The position numbers were made by a program, and so were the translations under genes. A model generated the notes under the pieces. It was given only the letters and a program-made list of their open reading frames with translations, was not told the origin of the DNA and did not search any database. 64,000 bases of DNA from Geopsychrobacteraceae bacterium (GTDB lineage: Bacteria; Desulfobacterota; Desulfuromonadia; Desulfuromonadales; Geopsychrobacteraceae), in the NCBI GenBank assembly GCA_963662315.1, contig OY759353.1:2272001-2336000 (forward strand), read 5' to 3'. Below are positions 18,867 through 28,619 of the stretch, one piece after another. Every line of letters begins with the position of its first letter. The first letter of the stretch is position 1.

Positions 18867-19355
18867 ATGTCCGCTTCCTGTCAATATCTATTGTCGGTTG
18901 ATATCGGGCTACATACTGGCCTGGCCCTTTTTTCCTCCAATCAGGAACTGCTCTGGTACCGTTCCCATCATTTATCAACGCCCGCAAAACTGAAAAAATT
19001 GATAGCCTCCCTGCTACGCCAGACACCTCGTCCCAATTATATTTATCTGGAAGGCGGTGGCCAGCTGGTTGATATCTGGAAAAAAGAAGCTGAAAAGCTC
19101 TCCATTCCCACTCGCCAACTTCATGCCGATCAGTGGCGCAGGACATTATTTTACCGCCGCCAGCACTCCAATCGCAGCCAAGCAAAAAAAGAAGCGGAGA
19201 TTACGGCACGCAAGGTCATTAATGCCTTAGGCGGAAAAAAACCGACCAGCCTCAGGCACGACACCGCAGAAGCCATTCTGATCGGTCTGTTTGCGCTGCT
19301 GGAACTCGGCTGGGTCCATGAATGGCCAGGACAGGAATTATCTCTTCATTCATAA
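18867..19355 (+). CDS. Hypothetical protein, RuvC/RNase H-like fold
   Basis: LSVDIGLHTGLAL, IYLEGG, QW, HDTAEAILIG pattern of acidic residues as in RuvC-like nucleases. Confidence 0.6.
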   Translation: MSASCQYLLSVDIGLHTGLALFSSNQELLWYRSHHLSTPAKLKKLIASLLRQTPRPNYIYLEGGGQLVDIWKKEAEKLSIPTRQLHADQWRRTLFYRRQHSNRSQAKKEAEITARKVINALGGKKPTSLRHDTAEAILIGLFALLELGWVHEWPGQELSLHS

Positions 19356-19377
19356 TGTCACAGTCAATTGCTCTAGA

Positions 19378-19451
19378 ATATCGAACAGATATCGAACAAA
19401 CATTAACTTTAGCCAATTAGCATTGACAAAGTATTTATTTTTTCATATATT
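19378..19451 (+). promoter_or_regulatory. Sigma70 promoter with upstream 10-bp direct repeat
   Basis: TTGACA-17nt-TATATT (19423-19451); ATATCGAACA x2 with 11-bp period (19378-19398). Confidence 0.6.
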
Positions 19452-19480
19452 AGACTTGATCTTTTTATAAGGAGGTCACT

Positions 19481-19825
19481 ATGGCCCTGAGTGTTGAATC
19501 CAATTTATCTGCCCTGCAGGCATTTGAAAACAAGCAAAGCGTCAGCGCAAACAACATCGCTAACAGCGCGACAAAAGAATTCAAAAAATCGACAGCCCAA
19601 ATCGAAGCGGGCCCGAATGGTTCAGTAACGTCTCGTGTTCAGCCCGTTTCCACACCTGGAGTTATGATCACAGCTGAAGACGGTTCGATGCAGGAACTGT
19701 CCAATGTTGATCTGGGAGAAGAGATAGTCAGCATGGTCTCCACTAAAAATGGCTACTCAGCCAACATTAAAGCATTACAGACAATGGATGAAATGGAAAC
19801 ATCAGCCCTCGATATTGTCGGTTGA
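19481..19825 (+). CDS. Short flagellar basal-body rod/hook-like protein (N- and C-terminal domains only)
   Basis: SANNIAN and SNVDLGEEIVSM...YSAN motifs; strong AAGGAGG RBS. Confidence 0.8.
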   Translation: MALSVESNLSALQAFENKQSVSANNIANSATKEFKKSTAQIEAGPNGSVTSRVQPVSTPGVMITAEDGSMQELSNVDLGEEIVSMVSTKNGYSANIKALQTMDEMETSALDIVG

Positions 19826-19850
19826 TTAGCTGACAAATTAAATCTGTATC

Positions 19851-19881
19851 AAAGGTCTCTACTACAGATAGAGACCTTTTC
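19851..19881 (+). terminator. Intrinsic terminator
   Basis: aaaggtctcta...tagagacctttt. Confidence 0.75.
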
Positions 19882-20049
19882 TTTTCTCTCATTATCAGAT
19901 ACACACTCCACGCAATCATTACAAAAATCTAACATTTTTCTTGACCTAACTCCTTTCGTTACCTAAAGTAACAAAACCTTAATTTGTACGCCCTAATACC
20001 CACCATCTGAAATAATTATTAACAACCCACAACCAGAAGAGCTTAAAAC

Positions 20050-21798
20050 ATGAAAAATTTAAAGATCAGGACAAAAATCTGGCTACTGGTATTGACCATC
20101 TCCCTATTTGCCCTTATCAGTATTTTTGCCGGACGCCAAGCCATCAATATCGTCAAGGACGAAGCTCTGACACAGGTTGACCAGGTCATGAACCAGGCCT
20201 ATCAGGAACAACTCAAGTCATTAGTTGACAGCACCGCGCTGGCTATGGGAGCTGCCATCAGCGGTGAAACCGATGAGGCCGTTATCTTGAAAAAGTTACG
20301 CGATCTCAACAATCCGATTCGCTTTCTGGAAAACAGATCTGGGTACTTCTTCATTTACGACAAAAATGGCGTGTGCATGTCATTGCCACCGAAACAGGAA
20401 CTGCAAGGTAAAAGCCTGATTGACATGAAAGATGAAAATGGTTTTTACCTGATCAAAGGACTCCTTGCCAGAGCCAATGAAGGTGGTGGTTTCGTCACCT
20501 ATGTCTGGCCCAAACCCCCTAAAAACGATGTTGTACCCAAGCTCAGCTATGCACGCCTGATTCCCGGAACCAATTTAACAATTGGCACCGGTGTCTATAT
20601 TGATGATATCGGTGCCAAACAGGCATTAATGGCAACAACAATGGATAGCAAAGTACAGCCGGTGCTGCTGTGGAGTGGCATTATCCTGGTTGGTTTATTT
20701 GTGATTCTGGTTATCCCGACGGTCGTTATTCTGACCCGTCAGATGGTCACACCGCTTCAACAGCTCAGAATAATTGCCGAAGAACTGGCACAGGGAAAGC
20801 TGGCAAAACGCTTTATCTGGGATAGCAAAGACGAAATCGGTACTCTGGCGGGTTCGTTAAATACGATGGCCGAACATCTTAACAAATATGCTGATGAGAC
20901 CAGTAAAATCGCGGAAGGAGATCTGACTGTCAAAATAAAACCGGCTTCAGCTGATGATGTGTTAGGAAATGCACTCCTGAAAATGACCAATGAGCTGAAA
21001 GAACTGGTTCAGCAGGTTCAAAGTGCCAGCGACCAGATCACTGCAGGCAGTCAGCAAGTCGCAGACTCAAGCCAGTCCCTTTCCCAAGGGGCGACTCAAT
21101 CAGCGGCAGCCCTTGAAGAAATCAGTGCCTCCATGGGTGAAATCGGCGCCCAGACTCAGCAAAGTGCGGATTACGCCAACCAAGCCAATCAGCTCTCGGG
21201 AGTGGCAAAATCATCCGCAGAAGTTGGCAACAATAAGATGGATGCCATGATTTCAGCCATGAATGACATTAACGATTCAGCACAGAACATCAGCAAAATT
21301 ATCAAAGTTATCGATGAAATTGCCTTCCAGACGAATCTGTTGGCCCTTAATGCTGCCGTTGAAGCAGCCCGTGCAGGTCAACATGGTAAAGGCTTTGCCG
21401 TTGTTGCTGAAGAAGTCCGAAATCTGGCAGCCCGTAGTGCTAAAGCGGCAGAAGAAACAACGCAAATGATCCAGGGATCGGTAGAAAAATCACAGAGCGG
21501 TACTAAAATAGCGCAGGAAACATCCGATGCACTATCTGAAATCGTGTCTAATATATCCAAAGTCAGTGATCTGGTCAGTGAGATTGCCGCAGCAACCAGC
21601 GAACAAGCCCAAGGGATAGGTCAAATCAACCAGGGACTACAGCAAATCGATTCGACGATTCAGCAGAACACCGCATCTGCAGAAGAGAGCGCGGCAACCA
21701 GCGAGGAACTGTCAAGCCAGGCCAGCTACCTGCGTGAAATGCTTTATCGCTTTAAAGTAAATTCTGAACCAGCAAACTCAACAAAATATTTAGCTTAA
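20050..21798 (+). CDS. Methyl-accepting chemotaxis protein (single Cache, HAMP)
   Basis: Two [25 protein letters not shown]ache, [20 protein letters not shown] signalling domain. Confidence 0.95.
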   Translation: MKNLKIRTKIWLLVLTISLFALISIFAGRQAINIVKDEALTQVDQVMNQAYQEQLKSLVDSTALAMGAAISGETDEAVILKKLRDLNNPIRFLENRSGYFFIYDKNGVCMSLPPKQELQGKSLIDMKDENGFYLIKGLLARANEGGGFVTYVWPKPPKNDVVPKLSYARLIPGTNLTIGTGVYIDDIGAKQALMATTMDSKVQPVLLWSGIILVGLFVILVIPTVVILTRQMVTPLQQLRIIAEELAQGKLAKRFIWDSKDEIGTLAGSLNTMAEHLNKYADETSKIAEGDLTVKIKPASADDVLGNALLKMTNELKELVQQVQSASDQITAGSQQVADSSQSLSQGATQSAAALEEISASMGEIGAQTQQSADYANQANQLSGVAKSSAEVGNNKMDAMISAMNDINDSAQNISKIIKVIDEIAFQTNLLALNAAVEAARAGQHGKGFAVVAEEVRNLAARSAKAAEETTQMIQGSVEKSQSGTKIAQETSDALSEIVSNISKVSDLVSEIAAATSEQAQGIGQINQGLQQIDSTIQQNTASAEESAATSEELSSQASYLREMLYRFKVNSEPANSTKYLA

Positions 21799-21815
21799 CC
21801 TCAGAGCTTTTCAAC

Positions 21816-21848
21816 AAAAAGGCCGTGGCGGTTCTGCCACGGCCTTTT
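21816..21848. terminator. Bidirectional intrinsic terminator
   Basis: aaaaaggccgtggc-ggttct-gccacggcctttt between convergent MCP and proX. Confidence 0.85.
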
Positions 21849-21871
21849 GCTTTTTTACTAGCACGAAAACA

Positions 21872-22891
21872 TTATTTAGCTGCTGCACGAGCCTCAGCCA
21901 GCCAGCTGTTCCATTTGTCCTGATTCTTAGCGATCCACTCTTGGGCATGGCGCTCAACATCTTTTTGCGATTTTTCACCATTTTGCATTTTAGTGTTTTG
22001 CTCGTTGATATCCGCCAAAGGTAATTTAATAACTTCAAAGAATTTTTTCGCAGCCGGGTTTTTACTCAAAAACTTTTTATTGCCAACGATACGAATATCA
22101 TTAACGACAAAGCCGGCTTTCAACGGATCACTTACAGCTCCGGTAATACCACTGACGGTCATCAGATCTGCATCAGAAGCTTGGGACTCGTTCGGCTTAA
22201 TCTCGGGAACATTGATCCACATGACATCTTTGCCTGGCTGCAACTTAAAAATGGTCCAGTTCGGAGCCCACGTATAAAAGAACACCGGCTTTCCTGCGTT
22301 AAAACGTGATACAGCATCGGCCATACTTGCAGAATAACCTGCTTTGATCTGATTAATATAATCATTGAGGCCGTAGGCATCCATGTGATGAGTTATTACT
22401 TTTTCACACCCCCAACCCGGAGGGCAGGCAGTAAGATCTGCTTTACCATCGCCATTAGCATCGAAAGCTTTCATAACTTCCGGGCGCTTAAAATCATCAA
22501 GGGACTTAATGTTATATTTTTCAACATCTTTTTTGGATACCAAGTACCCTTGCAGACCTCCTGCTTTGACCAAATAACCCACCTTTTCGATGCGATCTGC
22601 TCCACGCTTCGGCATCTGGCCAGTGTGCAGAGGAAACCAACCATTGGTCCAATAGTCGACATCACCGAGGGCGACAGCCTGGTAGAATAATGGGTTCTGC
22701 AGTTCTTTGGGCTGGGCAACTTGGTAGCCAAGTTCTTTGAGTCCTTCACGCACAAGAGCTTCCTGAAAATAGCCGGTGTTCCAGGTTGCCCGGGCAGGTT
22801 GAATCTTCACCCCTTTACCAGGTTGATCTGACGCGGCAATAGCCGGCATTGCCAGGCTGAGCAACAATAAAACCATTAGCAAACGTTTCAT
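21872..22891 (-). CDS. proX: Glycine betaine/proline ABC transporter substrate-binding protein
   Basis: Signal peptide from MKRLL (AGGAG RBS), WFPLH, CPPGWGC, YTWAPNW. Confidence 0.92.
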   Translation of the reverse strand: MKRLLMVLLLLSLAMPAIAASDQPGKGVKIQPARATWNTGYFQEALVREGLKELGYQVAQPKELQNPLFYQAVALGDVDYWTNGWFPLHTGQMPKRGADRIEKVGYLVKAGGLQGYLVSKKDVEKYNIKSLDDFKRPEVMKAFDANGDGKADLTACPPGWGCEKVITHHMDAYGLNDYINQIKAGYSASMADAVSRFNAGKPVFFYTWAPNWTIFKLQPGKDVMWINVPEIKPNESQASDADLMTVSGITGAVSDPLKAGFVVNDIRIVGNKKFLSKNPAAKKFFEVIKLPLADINEQNTKMQNGEKSQKDVERHAQEWIAKNQDKWNSWLAEARAAAK

Positions 22892-22922
22892 GTTCTTCTC
22901 CTTGGTTAGATTCTTAAAAAAA

Positions 22923-23762
22923 TTACTTTTTGCCAAACCCTTGAGTAATACGATCCAGCACCATGGCCAGCAACACAATGGATAAACCACCAATCGTTGC
23001 CAGTCCGATCTCTAAAGTATTCAGACCCTGAGTCACCGGATTCCCCAGGCCACCAGCACCAATAAGAGCGGCGATAACCACCATTGATAAAGCCATCATC
23101 AGGGTCTGGTTAAGACCCGCCATTATAGAAGGCAATGCCAGAGGAAACTGGACTTTACGTAAAACCTGACCAGGGGTCGCCCCAAAGGCGAGAGCGGCCT
23201 CAATCAGTTCAGGATGGACCTGGCGGATCCCCAGACTGGTCAAACGGATTATCGGCGGGAGGGAAAAAATAATGGTCGCCAGGATTCCGGACACAGTACC
23301 AATACTGAACAACATGACTACCGGGACCAAATAGACAAAAGCGGGGGTTGTCTGCATTGCATCAAGACACGGCCGCAGATAAACTTGGAAACGGTCACTG
23401 CGCCCTGACAGAATACCCAGAGGGATCCCAACGAGAGCACAGAAAAAAACCGAACTGACCACCATGGCCAAAGTCACCATGGTCTCTTGCCACAATCCTA
23501 AGTAGCCGACCAGTAGAAAGGTCAGCACAGTGAAGACGACCACTCCTTTACTGGCAAATTTCCAGGCCGCCGCCGCAAACATAATAATGACAACGATTGG
23601 AGGCAGGGCCGTGAAAAACCATTCGAGCCCATTCAGGCAGACTTCAATAGGCACCTTCAACAGCTGAAAAAAGTCCCGATAGTTATAAACCAGCCAATCA
23701 ACAGCCTGTTGAACCCAACGATCGAGGGGGATCAGTTGATCATCAAAATTTAATAAACTCAT
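22923..23762 (-). CDS. proW: Glycine betaine/proline ABC transporter permease
   Basis: DAMQTTPAFVYLVP, EAALAFGAT, GLNQTLMMALSMVV. Confidence 0.93.
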   Translation of the reverse strand: MSLLNFDDQLIPLDRWVQQAVDWLVYNYRDFFQLLKVPIEVCLNGLEWFFTALPPIVVIIMFAAAAWKFASKGVVVFTVLTFLLVGYLGLWQETMVTLAMVVSSVFFCALVGIPLGILSGRSDRFQVYLRPCLDAMQTTPAFVYLVPVVMLFSIGTVSGILATIIFSLPPIIRLTSLGIRQVHPELIEAALAFGATPGQVLRKVQFPLALPSIMAGLNQTLMMALSMVVIAALIGAGGLGNPVTQGLNTLEIGLATIGGLSIVLLAMVLDRITQGFGKK

Positions 23763-23778
23763 GATTTATATATACCCT

Positions 23779-25038
23779 TTACTGTTCAATAGCGGAAACG
23801 GCCACTGCGGCAACATCGCTGGCGCCGCTGTCCACCGACTCGTTGCGCTGTAGTGTCCTTAAGAAGAGATTTTTAGAAACGGCGCCAAGGTAGCGGCCGT
23901 TGTCGGAAACAATCGGAAGAGGCCAGGGATGACTGGCAACCTCAGCAAGAATATCCTGCATGGAATCACTGGCATTGGCAGGAATGACATCGCCCAGATA
24001 AGCCGAGGAAAGTTTCTGGGGCTGGTCCGGAGTATCTATCAGATCACGCAGCGAATCGGTCGAAACGACACCGAGAAAATGTCGATCACTATCGACCACA
24101 TAACCAAAATCGCGATCATTCCTGATCAAGCGCTGCAATGCAGCACGCGGGCTGTTCCCTTCAGTAACAACAATTGTGACGTGAGTGTCAGTGGCAATGT
24201 CGCCGGCCGTAAGAATATTGGTGGGATCAACGCCACGGAAGAAGGCACGGACATAGTCATCAGCCGGATTCTGCAATATCTCTTCCGGAGTACCAACCTG
24301 AACGACCCGGCCACCTTCCATGATGGCAATGCGATCGCCAATGCGCATCGCTTCATCGAGGTCATGGGAGATAAAAACGATGGTCCGTTTGGCTTTAGCC
24401 TGCAGCTTGAGCAGTTCATCCTGCATCTCGGTACGAATTAACGGATCAAGGGCAGAAAAGGCCTCATCCATCAGCAGGATGTCGGGATCTACAGCCAGAC
24501 CGCGCGCCAAACCGACGCGTTGTTGCATGCCACCGGACAGTTCATTCGGGTAGCTGTCCGCCCAAGCTTCCAGCCCGACCTGTTCAAGAGCCTTTAGAGC
24601 ACGCTCTTCGCGAGTCCCCTTGTCCACTCCATCCATTTCCAGGCCAAATGCAGCATTCTGCAATACTGTCATATGCGGCATCAGGGCAAACGACTGGAAC
24701 ACCATACTCATTTTTTTGCGCCGCACCTTAACCAGCTGATCATTACTCATGCCGGTCAGGTCCTCATCATCAATAAAAACCTGACCGGACGTTGGCTGGA
24801 TCAACCGGTTAAGCATACGCACCATGGTCGACTTTCCTGAACCTGACAGCCCCATGATGACAAATATTTCGCCTTTATAGATCTGAAAGCTGGCATCCTG
24901 AACGCCAATGGTTGTTTCCGTTTTCTCAAAAATCTCTGCTTTGTCCAGCCCTTGACCAAGCAACTTCATCGCCTGTTTCGGATGTGGCCCGAAAATTTTA
25001 AATAACTTTTTTACTTCTAGCTTAACTTCCTTACCCAT
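23779..25038 (-). CDS. proV: Glycine betaine/proline ABC transporter ATP-binding protein with CBS domains
   Basis: [30 protein letters not shown]. Confidence 0.95.
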   Translation of the reverse strand: MGKEVKLEVKKLFKIFGPHPKQAMKLLGQGLDKAEIFEKTETTIGVQDASFQIYKGEIFVIMGLSGSGKSTMVRMLNRLIQPTSGQVFIDDEDLTGMSNDQLVKVRRKKMSMVFQSFALMPHMTVLQNAAFGLEMDGVDKGTREERALKALEQVGLEAWADSYPNELSGGMQQRVGLARGLAVDPDILLMDEAFSALDPLIRTEMQDELLKLQAKAKRTIVFISHDLDEAMRIGDRIAIMEGGRVVQVGTPEEILQNPADDYVRAFFRGVDPTNILTAGDIATDTHVTIVVTEGNSPRAALQRLIRNDRDFGYVVDSDRHFLGVVSTDSLRDLIDTPDQPQKLSSAYLGDVIPANASDSMQDILAEVASHPWPLPIVSDNGRYLGAVSKNLFLRTLQRNESVDSGASDVAAVAVSAIEQ

Positions 25039-25360
25039 AAAAACTCCTCATTATTTCAGCACTTAGATACACGAATAGACAAACAACATAGTGGACGTGT
25101 GCTGAAAACAATGGGGCACAGCTTGAGCAAGGCAAACGGACAGACAAAGGGAGCAGCGACTAGATCAAGCCGTGACCCGCAAACAACACATATTCGTTTG
25201 TAAATAGGACAGAGCAACCCGCAACCTGATAAGCAGGAACTGCAATATCAAGCGCTACTCTGATGGAAAGAGCATCCTCGAAGCATCACACGGGGCGAGC
25301 TTCTCAACGATCCTCTTGCGGGAGGAGACGGGACACCCTGGCGGGGTGGCGTCTCAACTT
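25039..25360 (-). promoter_or_regulatory. Long proVWX leader with candidate structured RNA
   Basis: Minus-strand hairpin GAGACG-C-CACCC-CGCCA-GGGUG-UCC-CGUCUC (25355-25325) and adjacent GCAA-tetraloop hairpin just downstream of TG-n-TATATT. Confidence 0.45.
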
Positions 25361-25411
25361 ATATAACCAAGTGAATATAACACACTTGACAAAAAGATAA
25401 AAGGGACACGG

Positions 25412-25933
25412 TTATTCCATGCCGCCGCCCTCGATTTCGTCTCTGATCCGCTTAAAGATCTCACGATAAGCACGCCGGTCCTCATGCTCATGAACAGAGC
25501 GCGCTAACCGGGAGATAAGTTTCATATTGATGCGTGGGGTAAACTCCTGGAGCTCCTTACAGGCGTCGGCAAAGGTCGTTTCCTGACACAGGCGATCGCG
25601 TAAATCCTCAACCAGATGAAACTGCTTACGATCCTGACGAGCCACCTGATCCACAGCCTGTAGATGTTCAACAATGGCTTCCAAAACATCTTCGCGCTTG
25701 CGCAGGACTCCGGCCAGATGCTTAATCTGACGACGCTGCGAACTTCTTCCTTCAGTCGTTCTGGCCAACTGCAGCTCCCGGGCAATTGCGTCCGGAAGTT
25801 CTAGCTTGGTGATCTGATTGGCAGCCATCGCAACGAGCTGTTCCGCAACCTGCTCAACTTCTTTAGCCTGTTTTTTACGCCGCGTCTTGCTGACGTAACT
25901 ATCATCCTGGCCGTTCAGTTCTTCCATATCCAT
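25412..25933 (-). CDS. yjgA: Ribosome biogenesis factor YjgA/DarP (DUF615)
   Basis: SKTRRKK, RRQIKHLAGVLR, FHLVEDLRDRL, YREIFK. Confidence 0.85.
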   Translation of the reverse strand: MDMEELNGQDDSYVSKTRRKKQAKEVEQVAEQLVAMAANQITKLELPDAIARELQLARTTEGRSSQRRQIKHLAGVLRKREDVLEAIVEHLQAVDQVARQDRKQFHLVEDLRDRLCQETTFADACKELQEFTPRINMKLISRLARSVHEHEDRRAYREIFKRIRDEIEGGGME

Positions 25934-26149
25934 TCATTTCTCCATAGTTTTTATCCGCAGCAAGCTACCCTGTTTTCCATAATACGTCAATCAACCTTAC
26001 AGAGAATAGTCGCCAGCAACCAACAGGGCTAGACAGAAAACCGAAAATAGATAATGTGTGAGATCTTTGGTAAATGAAAAGATTCTGTTATGATGGCCGA
26101 GGTTTTCATCAGGAGCCTGGAGACGGTTGGCTTCTCGCAGAGGATTATT

Positions 26150-26902
26150 ATGAATCAGAAAGAACTTACCAAATTGTTGGAAGCCCTTGCCAGCGGCCAG
26201 GTCAGTATAGCCGAGGGGGTCGAACGCTTAAAAAACCTTCCCTTTGAAGATCTGGGGATTGCCCAGATTGATCATCACCGAGAACTACGTCAGGGCGTTC
26301 CTGAGGTCATTTTTGGTGAGAGCAAAACCGTCGAACAAATTCTCATCATTCTTGAAGCCCTGCAGAAAAAGCAGCGCAATATTCTGATCACCCGTGTCAG
26401 CGAGGAAAAAGCGGCGCTTCTATGCCAACACTATCCGACTGCTGACTATGACCGGTTGGCGCGCACCTTCTGCCTGATACAAAAAACGCCTGAGATAACC
26501 GGCAAAGGCAAAATTCTGATTATCTGTGCCGGAACTTCAGACCTCCCCGTAGCCAGAGAAGCGGCTGTGACGGCGCGCATGCTTGGCAATGAGGTAGAAG
26601 AACTGGTTGATGTGGGAGTTGCCGGCATTCACCGTCTATTTGCACGTCACCAATTGTTACGTCAGGCCGATATACTGATTGTGGTCGCCGGCATGGAAGG
26701 TGCGCTCCCTTCGGTGGTTGGCGGACTGGTTGAAAAACCAGTTATTGCCGTGCCGACATCGGTTGGCTATGGAGCAGCTTTTTCCGGTGTTGCGGCGCTG
26801 CTTGGCATGCTCAACTCCTGTGCCAGCGGACTGACAGTGGTCAATATAGATAATGGCTTCGGCGCAGCCTTCGCGGCCAACCGAATTAATAAATTATCCT
26901 GA
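26150..26902 (+). CDS. larB: Nickel-pincer cofactor biosynthesis protein LarB
   Basis: DHHRELRQGVPEV, AGTSDLPVA, GMEGALPS, PTSVGYG, NIDNGFGAA. Confidence 0.92.
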   Translation: MNQKELTKLLEALASGQVSIAEGVERLKNLPFEDLGIAQIDHHRELRQGVPEVIFGESKTVEQILIILEALQKKQRNILITRVSEEKAALLCQHYPTADYDRLARTFCLIQKTPEITGKGKILIICAGTSDLPVAREAAVTARMLGNEVEELVDVGVAGIHRLFARHQLLRQADILIVVAGMEGALPSVVGGLVEKPVIAVPTSVGYGAAFSGVAALLGMLNSCASGLTVVNIDNGFGAAFAANRINKLS

Positions 26903-26924
26903 TTTCCTTAAAGGCAGAAGCGTC

Positions 26925-28127
26925 ATGACCATGAAAACTCTTTATTTGGACACTTTTTCCGGTATCTCCGGAGACATGTTCCTGGGCCTGCTGCTTGACC
27001 TGGGACTCGATCAAAATTTCCTTGAAAATGAATTGGCGAAACTGCCTATCAGTGGTTACCGTCTTGAAGTCCAACGGGAAAAACGCCACGGCATTGAAGG
27101 GTGCCGCTGCCAGGTGCATTGCGATGAAACCCACCACCACCGGACCTGGAGTTCTATTGATGCCATGCTGGCGGAAAGTTCATTAGCGACACCCGCCAAA
27201 CACCTGGCCAGGCGCTTCTTCCGCCGCCTCGGTGAAGCTGAAGCGAAAGTGCACGGAATTGATATTGATGCAGTCCACTTTCATGAGGTCGGAGCGGTTG
27301 ACGCCATCGTTGACCTGACCGGTGTTGCCATCGGTCTTCAGGCGCTTGAAATCCAGACTTTGCGTTGCGCCCCGCTGCCGTTATCGCGCGGCATGTCACG
27401 CTGCGCTCACGGTGCACTCCCCCTGCCCGCTCCAGCAACCTTGGAAATTCTGCGCGGCAAACCGATCTGCGACAGCGGTATCGAAAAAGAATTGGTTACC
27501 CCCAGCGGTGCGGCCATTGTTGCTGAACTCGCAGAATTTGGCTCACTTCCGGCACTGCCTCTGGGAGAAACCGCCTACGGTGTCGGCGGTTGGGACCTGG
27601 AAGACCGCCCCAATTTGCTGCGCGGCATTCTATTCTGTTCAGCAGGCATCATGCCTGAAACCACTCAGGTTCAGGTTCTCGAAACGCATATTGACGACAG
27701 CACTCCAGAAGTGCTCGGACACCTGATGGAACGTCTGCTGGCAGCCGGAGCTCTGGATGCCGGCTTTTCACCGCTGCACATGAAAAAAAACCGCCCGGCG
27801 AATCTGCTTACTGTGGTCTGCGATCCTCATCAGGGGGATAGCCTGGCCCAGCTTATCATGACCGAAAGCAGCGCCATCGGTGTCCGCAGCAGTTTACAGC
27901 AGCGCTACCGCCTTGGCCGCCGTAGTGCCACAGTCACAACCGAATATGGCCCGGCCCGTGTTAAACTGATCTATTCCGGCCAGCAGTTTTTACGCCTGAC
28001 CGCAGAATATGATGACTGTCGGGAGTTGGCCCGTCAGAGTGGCCTCCCATTACAACAAATCTACCGGATTGTCGAAAACACCGCCTATGCGCAACTCGAT
28101 CTGCAGGGAGAACACGACCATGCTTGA
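26925..28127 (+). CDS. larC: Nickel-pincer cofactor biosynthesis protein LarC
   Basis: SGISGDM, VHFHEVGAVD, ELVTPSGAA, MKKNRP, EYDD. Confidence 0.92.
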   Translation: MTMKTLYLDTFSGISGDMFLGLLLDLGLDQNFLENELAKLPISGYRLEVQREKRHGIEGCRCQVHCDETHHHRTWSSIDAMLAESSLATPAKHLARRFFRRLGEAEAKVHGIDIDAVHFHEVGAVDAIVDLTGVAIGLQALEIQTLRCAPLPLSRGMSRCAHGALPLPAPATLEILRGKPICDSGIEKELVTPSGAAIVAELAEFGSLPALPLGETAYGVGGWDLEDRPNLLRGILFCSAGIMPETTQVQVLETHIDDSTPEVLGHLMERLLAAGALDAGFSPLHMKKNRPANLLTVVCDPHQGDSLAQLIMTESSAIGVRSSLQQRYRLGRRSATVTTEYGPARVKLIYSGQQFLRLTAEYDDCRELARQSGLPLQQIYRIVENTAYAQLDLQGEHDHA

Positions 28128-28602
28128 AGCGAAGCCCGTTTCCCCGAAATTTCGCCGTCTGATCCTGTTTCTGGCCAGTAATGGTGGCCTGGGCTATGCA
28201 CCAGCAGCATCAGGGACCTTTGGGACGCTGGCCGGCGTACCGGTTTTTTACTACCTGTCACGTGCATCCTTCAGTCTTCAGCTGCTCACCTTGACAGCTA
28301 TTCTGTTTTTGAGCTTCTGGGTCTGCCAGCATGCCGGGGTTATCTACCAGGAAGCAGATGATGGCCGCATTGTTATTGACGAGTTGGTCGGCTACCTGAT
28401 TACCACGGCTTTTTTACCCTATAGCTTCGGTACGGCACTGCTCGCTTTTCTCTGGTTCCGGGTCTTCGATATTCTTAAACCACCTCCGGTCAGCTGGTTT
28501 GATCGCGAAATGAAAAATGGTCTGGGTGTCACCCTGGATGATGCTATGGCCGGAATCTATGCAGCAATCCTGCTGCGTATCTGTCTTGCTCTGTTCAGCT
28601 GA
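28120..28602 (+). CDS. pgpA: Phosphatidylglycerophosphatase A
   Basis: ASGTFGT, DDGRIVIDE, FRVFDILKP, GVTLDD. Confidence 0.92.
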   Translation: MLEAKPVSPKFRRLILFLASNGGLGYAPAASGTFGTLAGVPVFYYLSRASFSLQLLTLTAILFLSFWVCQHAGVIYQEADDGRIVIDELVGYLITTAFLPYSFGTALLAFLWFRVFDILKPPPVSWFDREMKNGLGVTLDDAMAGIYAAILLRICLALFS

Positions 28603-28619
28603 TAACCCCGGGGGAGAAT

